Source: a virus
DNA length: 63,488 bases
Direction: 5' to 3' (one strand)
Virus record (IMG/VR): IMGVR_UViG_3300032144_000008
Coordinates: 1 to 63,488 of that record
Shown one piece after another: positions 44,702 to 53,132 of this stretch (within the stretch, counting starts at the first letter, position 1; the number at the start of each line of letters is the position of its first letter). The notes below the pieces were generated by a model, which made no database searches, was not told where the DNA came from, and was given only the letters and a program-made list of their open reading frames with translations. A program made the translations under genes and the position numbers.

Positions 44702-45724
44702 ATGAAACCACCTATCTCCCTCGTTTTGGCTACGGCTGAGAATTGTCAACTCGGCTGCTCTGGTTGTCCGACCGGTCGTGTCAAAATATGGAATACAAAC
44801 GAAAAGCCCGGCGTGGGCGTCATGTCCCTGGTCATGGCCGACCGCATCATCACCAAGGCCAAGGCCGAGGCGCATGTCTTGAGCGTTTGCACCTATTACT
44901 TCAATGAGGTGCTGATCTATCCGCACATCGTGGAGCTGGTGAAGCTGATCCAGTCCCACGGGTTTTATCAATTCCTCTCGACGAACTTGAACACGTTCAA
45001 GCATGTGCCGGAATTGATGGCCCTTGAACCCACGAACATCATCGTGAGTTTGTCCGGCTGGTCCAATGAGACCTATCAGCGGTACCACGCCGGCGGCGAT
45101 GTGGAGGTGGTGAAGGCGAATATGGTCAAGCTGGCGGCGTTGCGCAAGCCCGGCACGTTCCTGCGGATGAGTTGGCATGACTTTCATTACAACCGCCACG
45201 AACAGGCGCAGGCCAAAGCTTTCGCGGATGAACACGGCTATTGTTTCACGCCCTACGGTGTGGGCGTGTTGCCGTTGGAACGCACGCTGGCACGCTGGCA
45301 GGACGGGCAGCTTGATCCGGCGGAGAAGGACATTCTCGTGCCGTTGCAGGAAGCGAAGAAACTGAGCTGGCCACGAAGGCATTGGAACTGCCAGATGCAG
45401 CAGCAGACCATGACGGTGGACGCGGCGGGCAATGTTTACAACTGCTCGGATCGCTACAACAGCACCAATCTGCGCGGGAGTTTCTTTGAGCGTTCGGTGA
45501 CGGACATCCTCAAGGCGCGCAAGACGGATTTCGATTGCGTTTCCTGCAAGGCGGTGGGTGGGCACATCTACGGCGCGCAGGAATACACCGTGCCGCTGAC
45601 GAGTGTGCGGCGCTGGTTGGACATCCCCTTTCGCGGCCTGAAGCTCCAGGGCCTTTTCCAACGCCTCGATTTCGACGAATGGCGCAATCAGGTTGAGAGC
45701 CATTACGACCGGCCGCAAAAATGA
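44702..45724 (+). CDS. radical SAM enzyme with a SPASM/twitch-like C-terminal Cys cluster
   Basis: CQLGCSGC (CxxxCxxC) at codons 15-22 (nt 44744-44767). C-terminal pattern NCQ...GNVYNCS....CVSC. Confidence 0.8.
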   Translation: MKPPISLVLATAENCQLGCSGCPTGRVKIWNTNEKPGVGVMSLVMADRIITKAKAEAHVLSVCTYYFNEVLIYPHIVELVKLIQSHGFYQFLSTNLNTFKHVPELMALEPTNIIVSLSGWSNETYQRYHAGGDVEVVKANMVKLAALRKPGTFLRMSWHDFHYNRHEQAQAKAFADEHGYCFTPYGVGVLPLERTLARWQDGQLDPAEKDILVPLQEAKKLSWPRRHWNCQMQQQTMTVDAAGNVYNCSDRYNSTNLRGSFFERSVTDILKARKTDFDCVSCKAVGGHIYGAQEYTVPLTSVRRWLDIPFRGLKLQGLFQRLDFDEWRNQVESHYDRPQK

Positions 45725-45939
45725 GAAGCCGCACTCCTCCCCTCACCGAGCCTAATGGATGGGAAAAGTCCACCACCGACATTCGGGTCATTTGCACCCC
45801 CACCGAGAAGCTGTTGTGGAAGGCGGTGTTTGGAGTGGGTAACGTGGCGGAAGTCAGCCGAAGGTTGTTGAATGAAGAAGCGCACAAACAAGCCAACATT
45901 CCTTGCGGACGAAAACACCACCCAAAGGGGAAGTGTTAG
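45721..45939 (+). CDS. ribbon-helix-helix-like small protein
   Basis: ATGA overlap. IRVICTPTEKLLWKAVFGVGNVAEVSRRLLNEEA resembles the CopG/Arc strand-helix-helix pattern. Confidence 0.5.
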   Translation: MRSRTPPLTEPNGWEKSTTDIRVICTPTEKLLWKAVFGVGNVAEVSRRLLNEEAHKQANIPCGRKHHPKGKC

Positions 45940-46129
45940 GCTCACCAACTTGCACCCCAGCGGCATGTTGGCCGAGGACGTCAAGTGTCTGGCCAAAGCC
46001 AAACAACGAGCTGAAGAAGTCACCACCGAGGCCATTCAACGATATGAGAAGTGTCACCCGTTGATCAACAAGCCGTTGAAAGATGACTTTGCGAAATGTG
46101 GGGATGGGAGTTTAGTTCAATCAAGTTGA
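45872..46129 (+). CDS. possible small protein, start uncertain (45872 or 45965)
   Basis: Overlaps the previous ORF by 68 nt if started at 45872. Its stop overlaps a TTG at 46126 that is in frame with the portal gene. Confidence 0.3.
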   Translation: MKKRTNKPTFLADENTTQRGSVRLTNLHPSGMLAEDVKCLAKAKQRAEEVTTEAIQRYEKCHPLINKPLKDDFAKCGDGSLVQSS

Positions 46130-48159
46130 GCAACTTGGTTGTCTCCAAATTCGTCCACGAAGCCCGTGCCAAAGCTGCACCGGGCACTTTCCTTTCCCAG
46201 CTGCCAGTGCAGGCGCGTGCGCCTCGCTTGCCGGCTCTCAATGATGTTTCGCTAACGAATATCCTTCCTCCTTTCGGAACCAATCCGCCTCAAGGCCCAA
46301 TTGCCAACAGCGACTTGGACTTGAATGACCGTTACATCCGCAGCGATCCGCGTGAGCTTTGGTATCTCAGCCTGCCCAACAAGCTAACGCCTCAGCAGTG
46401 CCTTCAAATTCTTCGCAGTGCCCTTGGTGGTGACATTTGGCAACAGTGGCAGCTTTGCGCCATCATGCTGGACAGCTGGCCGACGTTCCGAATGGCCAGC
46501 CATCAATTGATGGAGGCAGCGGCTTATGCGCGTTACGCAGTCCACCCCTGTGCCGAGGAAGGCAAGAAACCGACGCCACAAGCGATTGAGCGTGCGGACC
46601 TGGTCAGCCGAGCGATTCGCTCCATGCATCCGGATCCGTTCAATGACGAAAAGGGATTCAGCGGAATGTGCTATGCACTGTGCGACGCGATGCTCAATGG
46701 CGTGTCCACTGTGGAGTTGATTTGGGACTTTCGCACGTCAAGTGATCACGGACGGGAGCGTATGCCCGTTTCCTCAGCCTGGGTTCATCCCCGTCACGTT
46801 TCCTTCACCAACGAAGGCCAGATTGCCGTCTTCAGCGAGAATTACAACCGGCTGACCTATGCGGGTGCTCCGCAATCCACCAAGCCTTCGCCGGACAAAT
46901 TTCTTTGTGCCCAGTTCATGAGCAAGGCCGGGTCTTGCCTTGGTGCCGGGTTCATGCGACCGCTGGTCTGGTATTGGGCCGCCCGCCAGTTCAATCTGGA
47001 ATGGATGCTCAACACCGCCAAGCAATACGGCTCTCCGTTCATCGACATCACCTACAAGCCAGGCAGCGTGAGCACTGGGCCAGGTGGTGAGTTGGAGAAG
47101 CTGAATGAGTTGCTCAAGACGGCCGGAAGCCAACGCAGATTGATTCATCCCGAGGGGACGCTGGCCAACATTCATCCGCCTACCAGTTTGGGCAAGGAGA
47201 ACCCACAACGTGTCCTTGAGGAAAAAGCCGACGAAGCCTGCCTGTTCCTGCTCCTTGGCCAAAAGGGAACCACGACGCCGACGCAAGGGGCGCTCGGTTC
47301 GCAAGACACTCACGAAACGGTCAAGGACGAACGCATTGCCGGTGTCGCCAATTGGTTGGCGCGCAATCCCCTTCGCCAATTTGCCCGTGCTGTCCTGAGG
47401 GTCAACTACGGCAACGACGACGAGTGTCCGAACATTGAGCCCGACTTCACCAAGCCGCTTAAGCCTGAACAAGTGGGCCAAATGATGAGTGCGGTCAGCG
47501 GGTCACGCGTGCCTGTTCGGGCGGACGAGTTCTACAAGAAAGTTGGTTTCACCCAGCCGGAAGCCGGGGAAGTGGTCTTGGCTGGCGGCATCATCGGAGT
47601 TCAAAGCGAGCCGATGACGGACGACGAACGGTTTGATCAACAGCTTGGCCAACAGGTCAAGACGGCGGAAGTGCAAATGGAGTTGGGGGCGGAAATGGAA
47701 CAAGGCCAGTCCGCACAGGCGTCTGAATGGGCAAGGGACAATTTTGTTCGCGCAACAGGAACAAGTGAAGGGGCAGAGAAAGGTTGGACACATCGGGTGC
47801 ACGTTAGAATGACCGACAGGCACGCGGTTGGCTCTAATAGCCGTTCTTATCCCAATCAGGAGATTCGCAAGATCCGGTTGACGGCCACCAGCGACGAAGA
47901 GGCAGAAACCAAGGCTCACAATTTCTACAAGAAGCGACAGTACAAGAATCTGCACACCGTTCACATTGAGAAGAATCCCGGCGTGCAAGCTCGCGGCACC
48001 AAACTACGCGACGTTCTTCACGCCGCTTCCTCCGACGAGCTAGACGCCTTAGAAGCCAAGCTGACCGCTGCTGAGTCAGCGCCCCACAAGAATGGAGAGG
48101 TGGAAGATTTGACCGAAACGATCGTGGGACTGGCCCACCAGAAAAGGTTTGAGCCATGA
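46096..48159 (+). CDS. portal protein (Mu gp29/DUF935-like) with a C-terminal extension
   Basis: LQILRSALGGDIWQQWQLCAIMLDSWPTFRMASHQLMEAAAYARYAV resembles the DUF935 N-terminal block. Large size, and lies upstream of the protease and capsid genes. TTG at 46126 is an alternative start. Confidence 0.75.
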   Translation: MWGWEFSSIKLSNLVVSKFVHEARAKAAPGTFLSQLPVQARAPRLPALNDVSLTNILPPFGTNPPQGPIANSDLDLNDRYIRSDPRELWYLSLPNKLTPQQCLQILRSALGGDIWQQWQLCAIMLDSWPTFRMASHQLMEAAAYARYAVHPCAEEGKKPTPQAIERADLVSRAIRSMHPDPFNDEKGFSGMCYALCDAMLNGVSTVELIWDFRTSSDHGRERMPVSSAWVHPRHVSFTNEGQIAVFSENYNRLTYAGAPQSTKPSPDKFLCAQFMSKAGSCLGAGFMRPLVWYWAARQFNLEWMLNTAKQYGSPFIDITYKPGSVSTGPGGELEKLNELLKTAGSQRRLIHPEGTLANIHPPTSLGKENPQRVLEEKADEACLFLLLGQKGTTTPTQGALGSQDTHETVKDERIAGVANWLARNPLRQFARAVLRVNYGNDDECPNIEPDFTKPLKPEQVGQMMSAVSGSRVPVRADEFYKKVGFTQPEAGEVVLAGGIIGVQSEPMTDDERFDQQLGQQVKTAEVQMELGAEMEQGQSAQASEWARDNFVRATGTSEGAEKGWTHRVHVRMTDRHAVGSNSRSYPNQEIRKIRLTATSDEEAETKAHNFYKKRQYKNLHTVHIEKNPGVQARGTKLRDVLHAASSDELDALEAKLTAAESAPHKNGEVEDLTETIVGLAHQKRFEP

Positions 48160-48506
48160 CCGCCATTGAACAAGCTAATTTGATTTGGGCACGGGAGGAG
48201 CGCAAGGGCAAGATTGTTCAGGCGGCTGCTTTTGGAAACCAGAACGCTGCTGGCCCACATAACGTCAATCATCATTACAATGAGCTTGGTGGCGATTCTG
48301 TTACTCATGATTCAGACGGCGGCAGAACGAAAATAAAGCTGCGCAAGAAGAAAGAAGGCTGGGTTGCTGATCGTTACAGCGAAGCTCCAAAGGAAGAAGG
48401 CTTCACTTATGCCGAGGGGCATCATGTTGGGAGTTCTTCGATGACTCATCACGAGGCGGCAACCAGAGCAAATAAAATTGCAGGTGCAAAATTCATCAAG
48501 TCATGA
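48156..48506 (+). CDS. hypothetical head-module protein; N-terminus paralogous to 55424..55885
   Basis: AIEQANLIWAREERKGKIV here versus AIDQANAIWAREEQRGRIV in the other protein. Confidence 0.55.
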   Translation: MTAIEQANLIWAREERKGKIVQAAAFGNQNAAGPHNVNHHYNELGGDSVTHDSDGGRTKIKLRKKKEGWVADRYSEAPKEEGFTYAEGHHVGSSSMTHHEAATRANKIAGAKFIKS

Positions 48507-48796
48507 GCAAGCCCAACAAGAAACTTTCCCGCACCAAGCCAACCAAGGCCAAGCCTAGCGTTGCGCCAGCGGGCACGCCCACGGCGGCGAGCGCACCAGA
48601 AGTGCCATCGCCTCAAGCTGAGGAATCAGCACCAGTCAAAATGGAAACAGCCGTGGGCGAATCTGTCAAGACCGTAACGTCCACTCAATTGGTGGGAAAG
48701 GTGGAAGCACCCAAGCCGGCAACCCGGAGTGGTGGCGCAGGCTGGTTTGTTCCGCCACAACAAAAGTCAGGATTTGGAATGGGAGGAACGAAATGA
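48503..48796 (+). CDS. low-complexity Pro/Ala/Lys-rich small protein
   Basis: ATGA overlaps on both sides. Confidence 0.5.
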   Translation: MSKPNKKLSRTKPTKAKPSVAPAGTPTAASAPEVPSPQAEESAPVKMETAVGESVKTVTSTQLVGKVEAPKPATRSGGAGWFVPPQQKSGFGMGGTK

Positions 48797-50499
48797 AAAT
48801 TTGTGAACGATGCCAAAAGGAACACGGTGACAACGAAGAGCACATTGCTGGCAAGGACGGCGTGTGTGCCTCAATTGTGACTCACAACGACAGCGTCGTC
48901 CGCGCAGCAGGCACGAGCGAAGGAGCGAAGAAAGGGTGGGAGAAACGCGGCGGAACATTTGGTGACTGGTTCAACGAGAATAAAGACTCGGATGAAATGC
49001 ACGAGGACTTCGCCAATCACGTCCTTGAGATGAAGCAAATGGGATTCAAGCACAAGAAATTCAAGGATTGGGCGAAAGACCGCCATGCCGCTGTTGAGGC
49101 TTCAGAAATTTCCGGTCCTGCCTCCACCGAAGTCGTCCACTGTCGCGCCTCCAGTGCAGCAGGGGAGAAGTTGGGAGCGAGCGAAAATTGGGTCGCCGGC
49201 AACCGGGTGGAATTTATGTTTATGCCAGCTGGTGTGCACACCATTTGTGCTGGGTTCAGGAAAGGGTCCATTGAGCTCACTGTGGCTTGTGATCAAGCGA
49301 CGGTTGAAGCAGTCCAGGCCAGCCTTGACGGTTGGCGGCAAGAGCGTCCCAAGCAAGAACCTTTTGCGTGCGTTGAGCATCGCGAAACCGAAGCGAGCCT
49401 GAGGATTTCTGCCAGTTGTGGATTTAGCTGGAGAGACGACGGAGTTTATTTGGCTGCTGAACCCACCACCCTTGGTGCACAGAATGTCAATGGCAAGGTT
49501 CATCGTAGCTGGTCACCATCATTTACAACCGACGCTGATTACAGCCGGGCCACCGATCAAAGTGGCACATTGGTGTTTCCAGAAGGCGTGCGTGGCTCTC
49601 GCAGCAACCCGGCTCAAATTACCGGCATCGATTTTTGCTGTGGGACGATCACTAATAAACCGGCGTTTAGAGAGATGAGTCCGGTCAAGAGCCGGGAAGC
49701 GGTGCTGGCGAGCGGGACAGAAGAGACAATTCAAGCCACTTGGAGCGATGCGGCTCGCGTTGCCGCTGCACACGCTCGTGAATTGAGTCGCCTAGCCCAC
49801 GAAGAGCCTATCAAGCGTTCAATGGACGGAAAGCCAAAGGCTGACCCCGATGCCTATGGTGTGACCAAACAAGCCCATTCGGCGTCTGGTAAAACTAAAC
49901 TCAGCGAGACTGACGGTCGCGGAGCAGGTCGCCATATGGACTCTCACAACTATGCCGCTTACATGCACACAGAGGCAGCAAAGGCGCACAAGAAAGCAGG
50001 AGACTCTTTCATGTCAGAGTTGCACACAAAAGCGGCGACAGCGCATCGTGAAGCGACGAGCGAACTTTGGAAAGAAAACAACAAAGCCTCCGACACCACC
50101 TCCTCCGACACCATCGCCGCCCATTGCAAGGAAAACCTCTTGCGCGACGTGCCCGACGCCACCAAGGCAGAGATTGCCGCTTACGAGAAATGCATTGAGG
50201 ACGGTGGCGCTCACAGCGATGCAGTTTACGAACTGCGCAAGGAGCGGAAGAATGGGTTTGTGAGCACAGCCGAGAAACCCACGCTCGATTCCATCTTCAC
50301 CAAAGTCAACGCCAGCCTCACCACCGCCAACCGTTTAGCAGAGGAGAACGGAGTGGCCAAGTTGACGGCACAGGATGTGTATGAGCGGCATTCGGTGAGG
50401 GCGGGTGCGCCGGTGGGGAATAAGAATGCTGGCGGACCTCACAAGCTGACGGTTAGCAGGGTTGGCGTTGGCGGTCATCTATCAATTCTGCCGTTTTAA
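48793..50499 (+). CDS. prohead protease (Mu gpI-like) fused to a helical scaffold-like C-terminal region
   Basis: FMFMPAGVHTICAG...ACVEHRETEA...FSWRDDGVYLAAEPT..G...VNGKVHRSWSPSF resembles Mu-like prophage protein I. The His/Ala/Lys-rich helical tail is scaffold-like. Confidence 0.65.
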   Translation: MKICERCQKEHGDNEEHIAGKDGVCASIVTHNDSVVRAAGTSEGAKKGWEKRGGTFGDWFNENKDSDEMHEDFANHVLEMKQMGFKHKKFKDWAKDRHAAVEASEISGPASTEVVHCRASSAAGEKLGASENWVAGNRVEFMFMPAGVHTICAGFRKGSIELTVACDQATVEAVQASLDGWRQERPKQEPFACVEHRETEASLRISASCGFSWRDDGVYLAAEPTTLGAQNVNGKVHRSWSPSFTTDADYSRATDQSGTLVFPEGVRGSRSNPAQITGIDFCCGTITNKPAFREMSPVKSREAVLASGTEETIQATWSDAARVAAAHARELSRLAHEEPIKRSMDGKPKADPDAYGVTKQAHSASGKTKLSETDGRGAGRHMDSHNYAAYMHTEAAKAHKKAGDSFMSELHTKAATAHREATSELWKENNKASDTTSSDTIAAHCKENLLRDVPDATKAEIAAYEKCIEDGGAHSDAVYELRKERKNGFVSTAEKPTLDSIFTKVNASLTTANRLAEENGVAKLTAQDVYERHSVRAGAPVGNKNAGGPHKLTVSRVGVGGHLSILPF

Positions 50500-50735
50500 A
50501 ATTTCACAGCAAGGAGGCTGCTGAAGAACACAGAGATGCTTATTTCAAAGACACTCATTCTTCTATTATCGAGCCTGATACAGACGGACTGTCGGAGACT
50601 CACAAGCGTGCGAATAAAGCTTACAACGACAGCCATAGCGGAAAAGGGCCAATGGCTCTTCCAAGCTACAAGGCGTCTCAAGCCAAGCCCAATCTCGAAT
50701 CAATTTACGCCCGTGCGGGCGCTAACAGCCGGTGA
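50457..50735 (+). other. start-less protein-like reading frame (-1 frame relative to the protease/scaffold gene)
   Basis: Open from 50457 with no ATG, GTG or TTG before 50664. Encodes ..FHSKEAAEEHRDAYFKDTHSS...AKPNLESIYARAGAN, similar to EKPTLDSIFTKVNAS in the upstream protein. Confidence 0.4.
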
Positions 50736-50770
50736 GTAACCGGTGAACTAACAACAACAAAGGAAAACAA

Positions 50771-52492
50771 ATGAAGGTAGTCATTCAAAGTTGCCCGCCT
50801 GATTCAAAATTCAAGGTGGGAGCCTCGCTTGATCTTTCGGGAGCAGAACTTGATGTTCTGACGGAAGCAGGCCACGAATACATCACCGCGTCTGAGCACG
50901 CGGCCAATGAGCGTGAGAAACAAACCATCACCGCCACGCGCAACGCGATGAAGGGCTTGGTGGTTCAGGCGGTCAACAAAGCCGTGGAACGGGAAGCCAT
51001 CGTGCCCAAGGGCGATGGTGCGAACAGCGCGGAAACGATCACTGCGACGGCGGTGAAGCAGATTGAACAGGGAGCGGATCCCGAGTTCGTCGTGGCGTTC
51101 ATTGACGGGTTGCCGGGCAAGGCCGACAAGGTGCTTGCGTCTCGCATCACCCGTTTCCAGGCCGATGAGAAGGGCATGCCGTTCAACAACCTGGTCGTCA
51201 CCGGGACGGACATCAAGGACGCGACCAAGGGTTACGTCAAGGCGATGGAAGGCCAGGAGGCGCTTTGCCGTTCCAATCAGTGGGACGAGGCGTTGCGCCA
51301 GAGCCGGGAAGCCGGAGTGATTCTGAGTCAGCATCACATCAAGGCGCAGGACGCGCTGTTGACCGACATGGTGGCCGGGGCAACCCGGTTTGACCCGAAG
51401 ACGGTGCGAGCGGCCACGTTCTCCGATCCCAACAGCCAGGTGGGTGCGTTGGCCGGGGACTTGATCCTGATGCGCAACCTGGGCTTCCTCAAGAACAAAT
51501 TGAACTGGATGAAGTATCTGACCACGGATTTGTCCGGCGAACCGGCCAAGTTTGGTCAGGCGATCCTCACCCGTTACATCACGCCTCCGGGTGTGCTGAC
51601 CTGGGTGCCGGGCGTCGGCTTCACCAGCGATGCTCAGACCATCTCCGATCACAACGCGGGCACGACCCAATCGGCTGCCACGGTGGCGGGCACGGCAGTG
51701 GTGCGCACCTTGAGTGTGCCGTCCACCACGGACAAGAGCGTGACCTTGAATATGTTCAAGGCGACGGAAATCACCTTCCCGGTTTCGACCCTGGGCGGGA
51801 CGATGCGTAACTTGTTTGCGGAACAGTACAGCGCGCAGTTGTATTCGCTGGCGGAGGTCATCAACCAGTATGTGTTGACGGGCATCTTTGCGGCCACGTG
51901 GACCGGCATCAAGACCAGCTACACCAAGAGTTTGGCGAACTGGAATTTGTCGGGCATGATTGGCGTGAAGAACGCCATGACCATCAGCAAGATTCCGGAC
52001 GTGGGCCGGTTCACGCTCCTGCACTCCTACTACCACGACAAGCTGTTGGAAGACTCCAACCTGCTTTCGGCCAAGGCGATCCTGGCGCTGATCAACAAGG
52101 ATCAGTCCAGCTTTGAGTCGGGCGAAGTGCCCACGCTCTTTGGCGTCAAGCCGCTGGAAAGCCAGTTGTCCAGCGCCACGGCAGCGGGGGTGTTGACCTC
52201 TTGGACGGACGATGCCGATCTCGGCACCACGAACATTGTCGGGTTTGCCGGCAACATGAGCAGCTTCCTGTTTGTGAGCCGTCCGCCCCAGGACTGGACC
52301 ACAACGCTCACGCAGCTGGGCATTCCGAGCACCGCCTCCATCCGCCTCGTCACCGAGCCGGACAGCGGTTTGACGGTGATGGTGTTCAGCTTTGCCGACA
52401 ACGGCACGATGAGCATCAATCAGCGTGTGTGCGTGATGTACGGTGCGGCACAGGGCGACCCCCGCGTTGGCCTGACGATCAAGGCTGCCTGA
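50771..52492 (+). CDS. major capsid protein with a ~230-aa N-terminal extension
   Basis: Position (portal, protease/scaffold, then this gene). 573 aa with a beta-rich C-terminal ~340 aa. The call rests mainly on synteny. Confidence 0.65.
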   Translation: MKVVIQSCPPDSKFKVGASLDLSGAELDVLTEAGHEYITASEHAANEREKQTITATRNAMKGLVVQAVNKAVEREAIVPKGDGANSAETITATAVKQIEQGADPEFVVAFIDGLPGKADKVLASRITRFQADEKGMPFNNLVVTGTDIKDATKGYVKAMEGQEALCRSNQWDEALRQSREAGVILSQHHIKAQDALLTDMVAGATRFDPKTVRAATFSDPNSQVGALAGDLILMRNLGFLKNKLNWMKYLTTDLSGEPAKFGQAILTRYITPPGVLTWVPGVGFTSDAQTISDHNAGTTQSAATVAGTAVVRTLSVPSTTDKSVTLNMFKATEITFPVSTLGGTMRNLFAEQYSAQLYSLAEVINQYVLTGIFAATWTGIKTSYTKSLANWNLSGMIGVKNAMTISKIPDVGRFTLLHSYYHDKLLEDSNLLSAKAILALINKDQSSFESGEVPTLFGVKPLESQLSSATAAGVLTSWTDDADLGTTNIVGFAGNMSSFLFVSRPPQDWTTTLTQLGIPSTASIRLVTEPDSGLTVMVFSFADNGTMSINQRVCVMYGAAQGDPRVGLTIKAA

Positions 52493-52500
52493 AGTCATTA

Positions 52501-52531
52501 GCCCGATTCGCCTGAGTTGGGCGAGCCGGGC
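52501..52531 (+). terminator. hairpin immediately after the capsid gene
   Basis: gcccg..tcgcc-tgagttg-ggcga..cgggc. No U-tract. Confidence 0.3.
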
Positions 52532-52568
52532 AATTTCAACCAATCAAAATCAAAGAAAGATCAAAACG

Positions 52569-53057
52569 ATGAATACCAAATTCAAATTCTTAACGGCAGC
52601 GTTGGTGGCTCTTGCCACGTTGTTGTTTGTCACCACGGCTTCGGCTCAGTTGGGCAAGCCTGCGGTGTTATTCAGCACGGCATCCGGCACCGTTACCGAA
52701 GGCGTCACCAACGCCAAGATCGCGTACAACGTGACGGCTCCGGTCAACAAGGTGATTGATTGCACGGCAGGCAAGGACCTCTTCCTGCAGTTCCGCTTTC
52801 AATACACCACGACCAGCATCCCGGCCACGAACACCACGTTTCAGTTCAGCGTGGCAGCCGAACCGAATGCAGTTGGGGCTACCAATCGGCATGCCATCGC
52901 TTCCTGGGGCGTGGCGGTGGCAGGCAGTACAACGGACACCGGATTCGTCACCTGGACCACTAATATAAGTGTGCTGGGGCGACCGTATGTGTATCTGGAC
53001 TCGGTGCTGCCCTTGGCACCCATCACCAACTTGACGGTGAAGTATCTGGTCAAATAG
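52569..53057 (+). CDS. signal-peptide beta-rich protein (moron-like, or a decoration protein)
   Basis: N-terminus MNTKFKFLTAALVALATLLFVTTASA-QL. Bracketed by hairpins at 52501-31 and 53081-114. Confidence 0.6.
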   Translation: MNTKFKFLTAALVALATLLFVTTASAQLGKPAVLFSTASGTVTEGVTNAKIAYNVTAPVNKVIDCTAGKDLFLQFRFQYTTTSIPATNTTFQFSVAAEPNAVGATNRHAIASWGVAVAGSTTDTGFVTWTTNISVLGRPYVYLDSVLPLAPITNLTVKYLVK

Positions 53058-53080
53058 TTCTCTCGTACGAGCGCGGCGGG

Positions 53081-53114
53081 CTGCTCACGGCTTTTCTGGG
53101 TTGGCCGTGAGCAG
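53081..53114 (+). terminator. 11-bp perfect hairpin (candidate terminator)
   Basis: ctgctcacggc (53081-91) pairs with gccgtgagcag (53104-14). T-rich 12-nt loop. Confidence 0.5.
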
Positions 53115-53132
53115 TCTCCACCAATAAACTTT

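Noticed and set aside
44696-45718. 340-aa minus-strand ORF opposite the radical SAM gene
   Set aside because: The + frame carries CxxxCxxC and a SPASM-like Cys cluster and is overlap-coupled to its neighbours. The minus frame is Arg/His/Leu-rich and motif-free.
50536-50739. 67-aa + ORF (MLISKTLILLLSS...) between the scaffold and capsid genes
   Set aside because: It is in the same frame as the upstream gene but after its stop. Its composition is less protein-like than the overlapping start-less frame, which shows similarity to the scaffold tail. I kept it only as an alternative in the recoding finding.
50804-52543. 579-aa minus-strand ORF, the longest antisense ORF in the track
   Set aside because: It lies exactly antisense to the capsid gene. 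It is extremely Arg/His/Gly/Leu-rich with no recognisable motif. The + strand frame has protein-like composition and fits the head-module synteny. This is a typical shadow ORF of GC-rich coding DNA.
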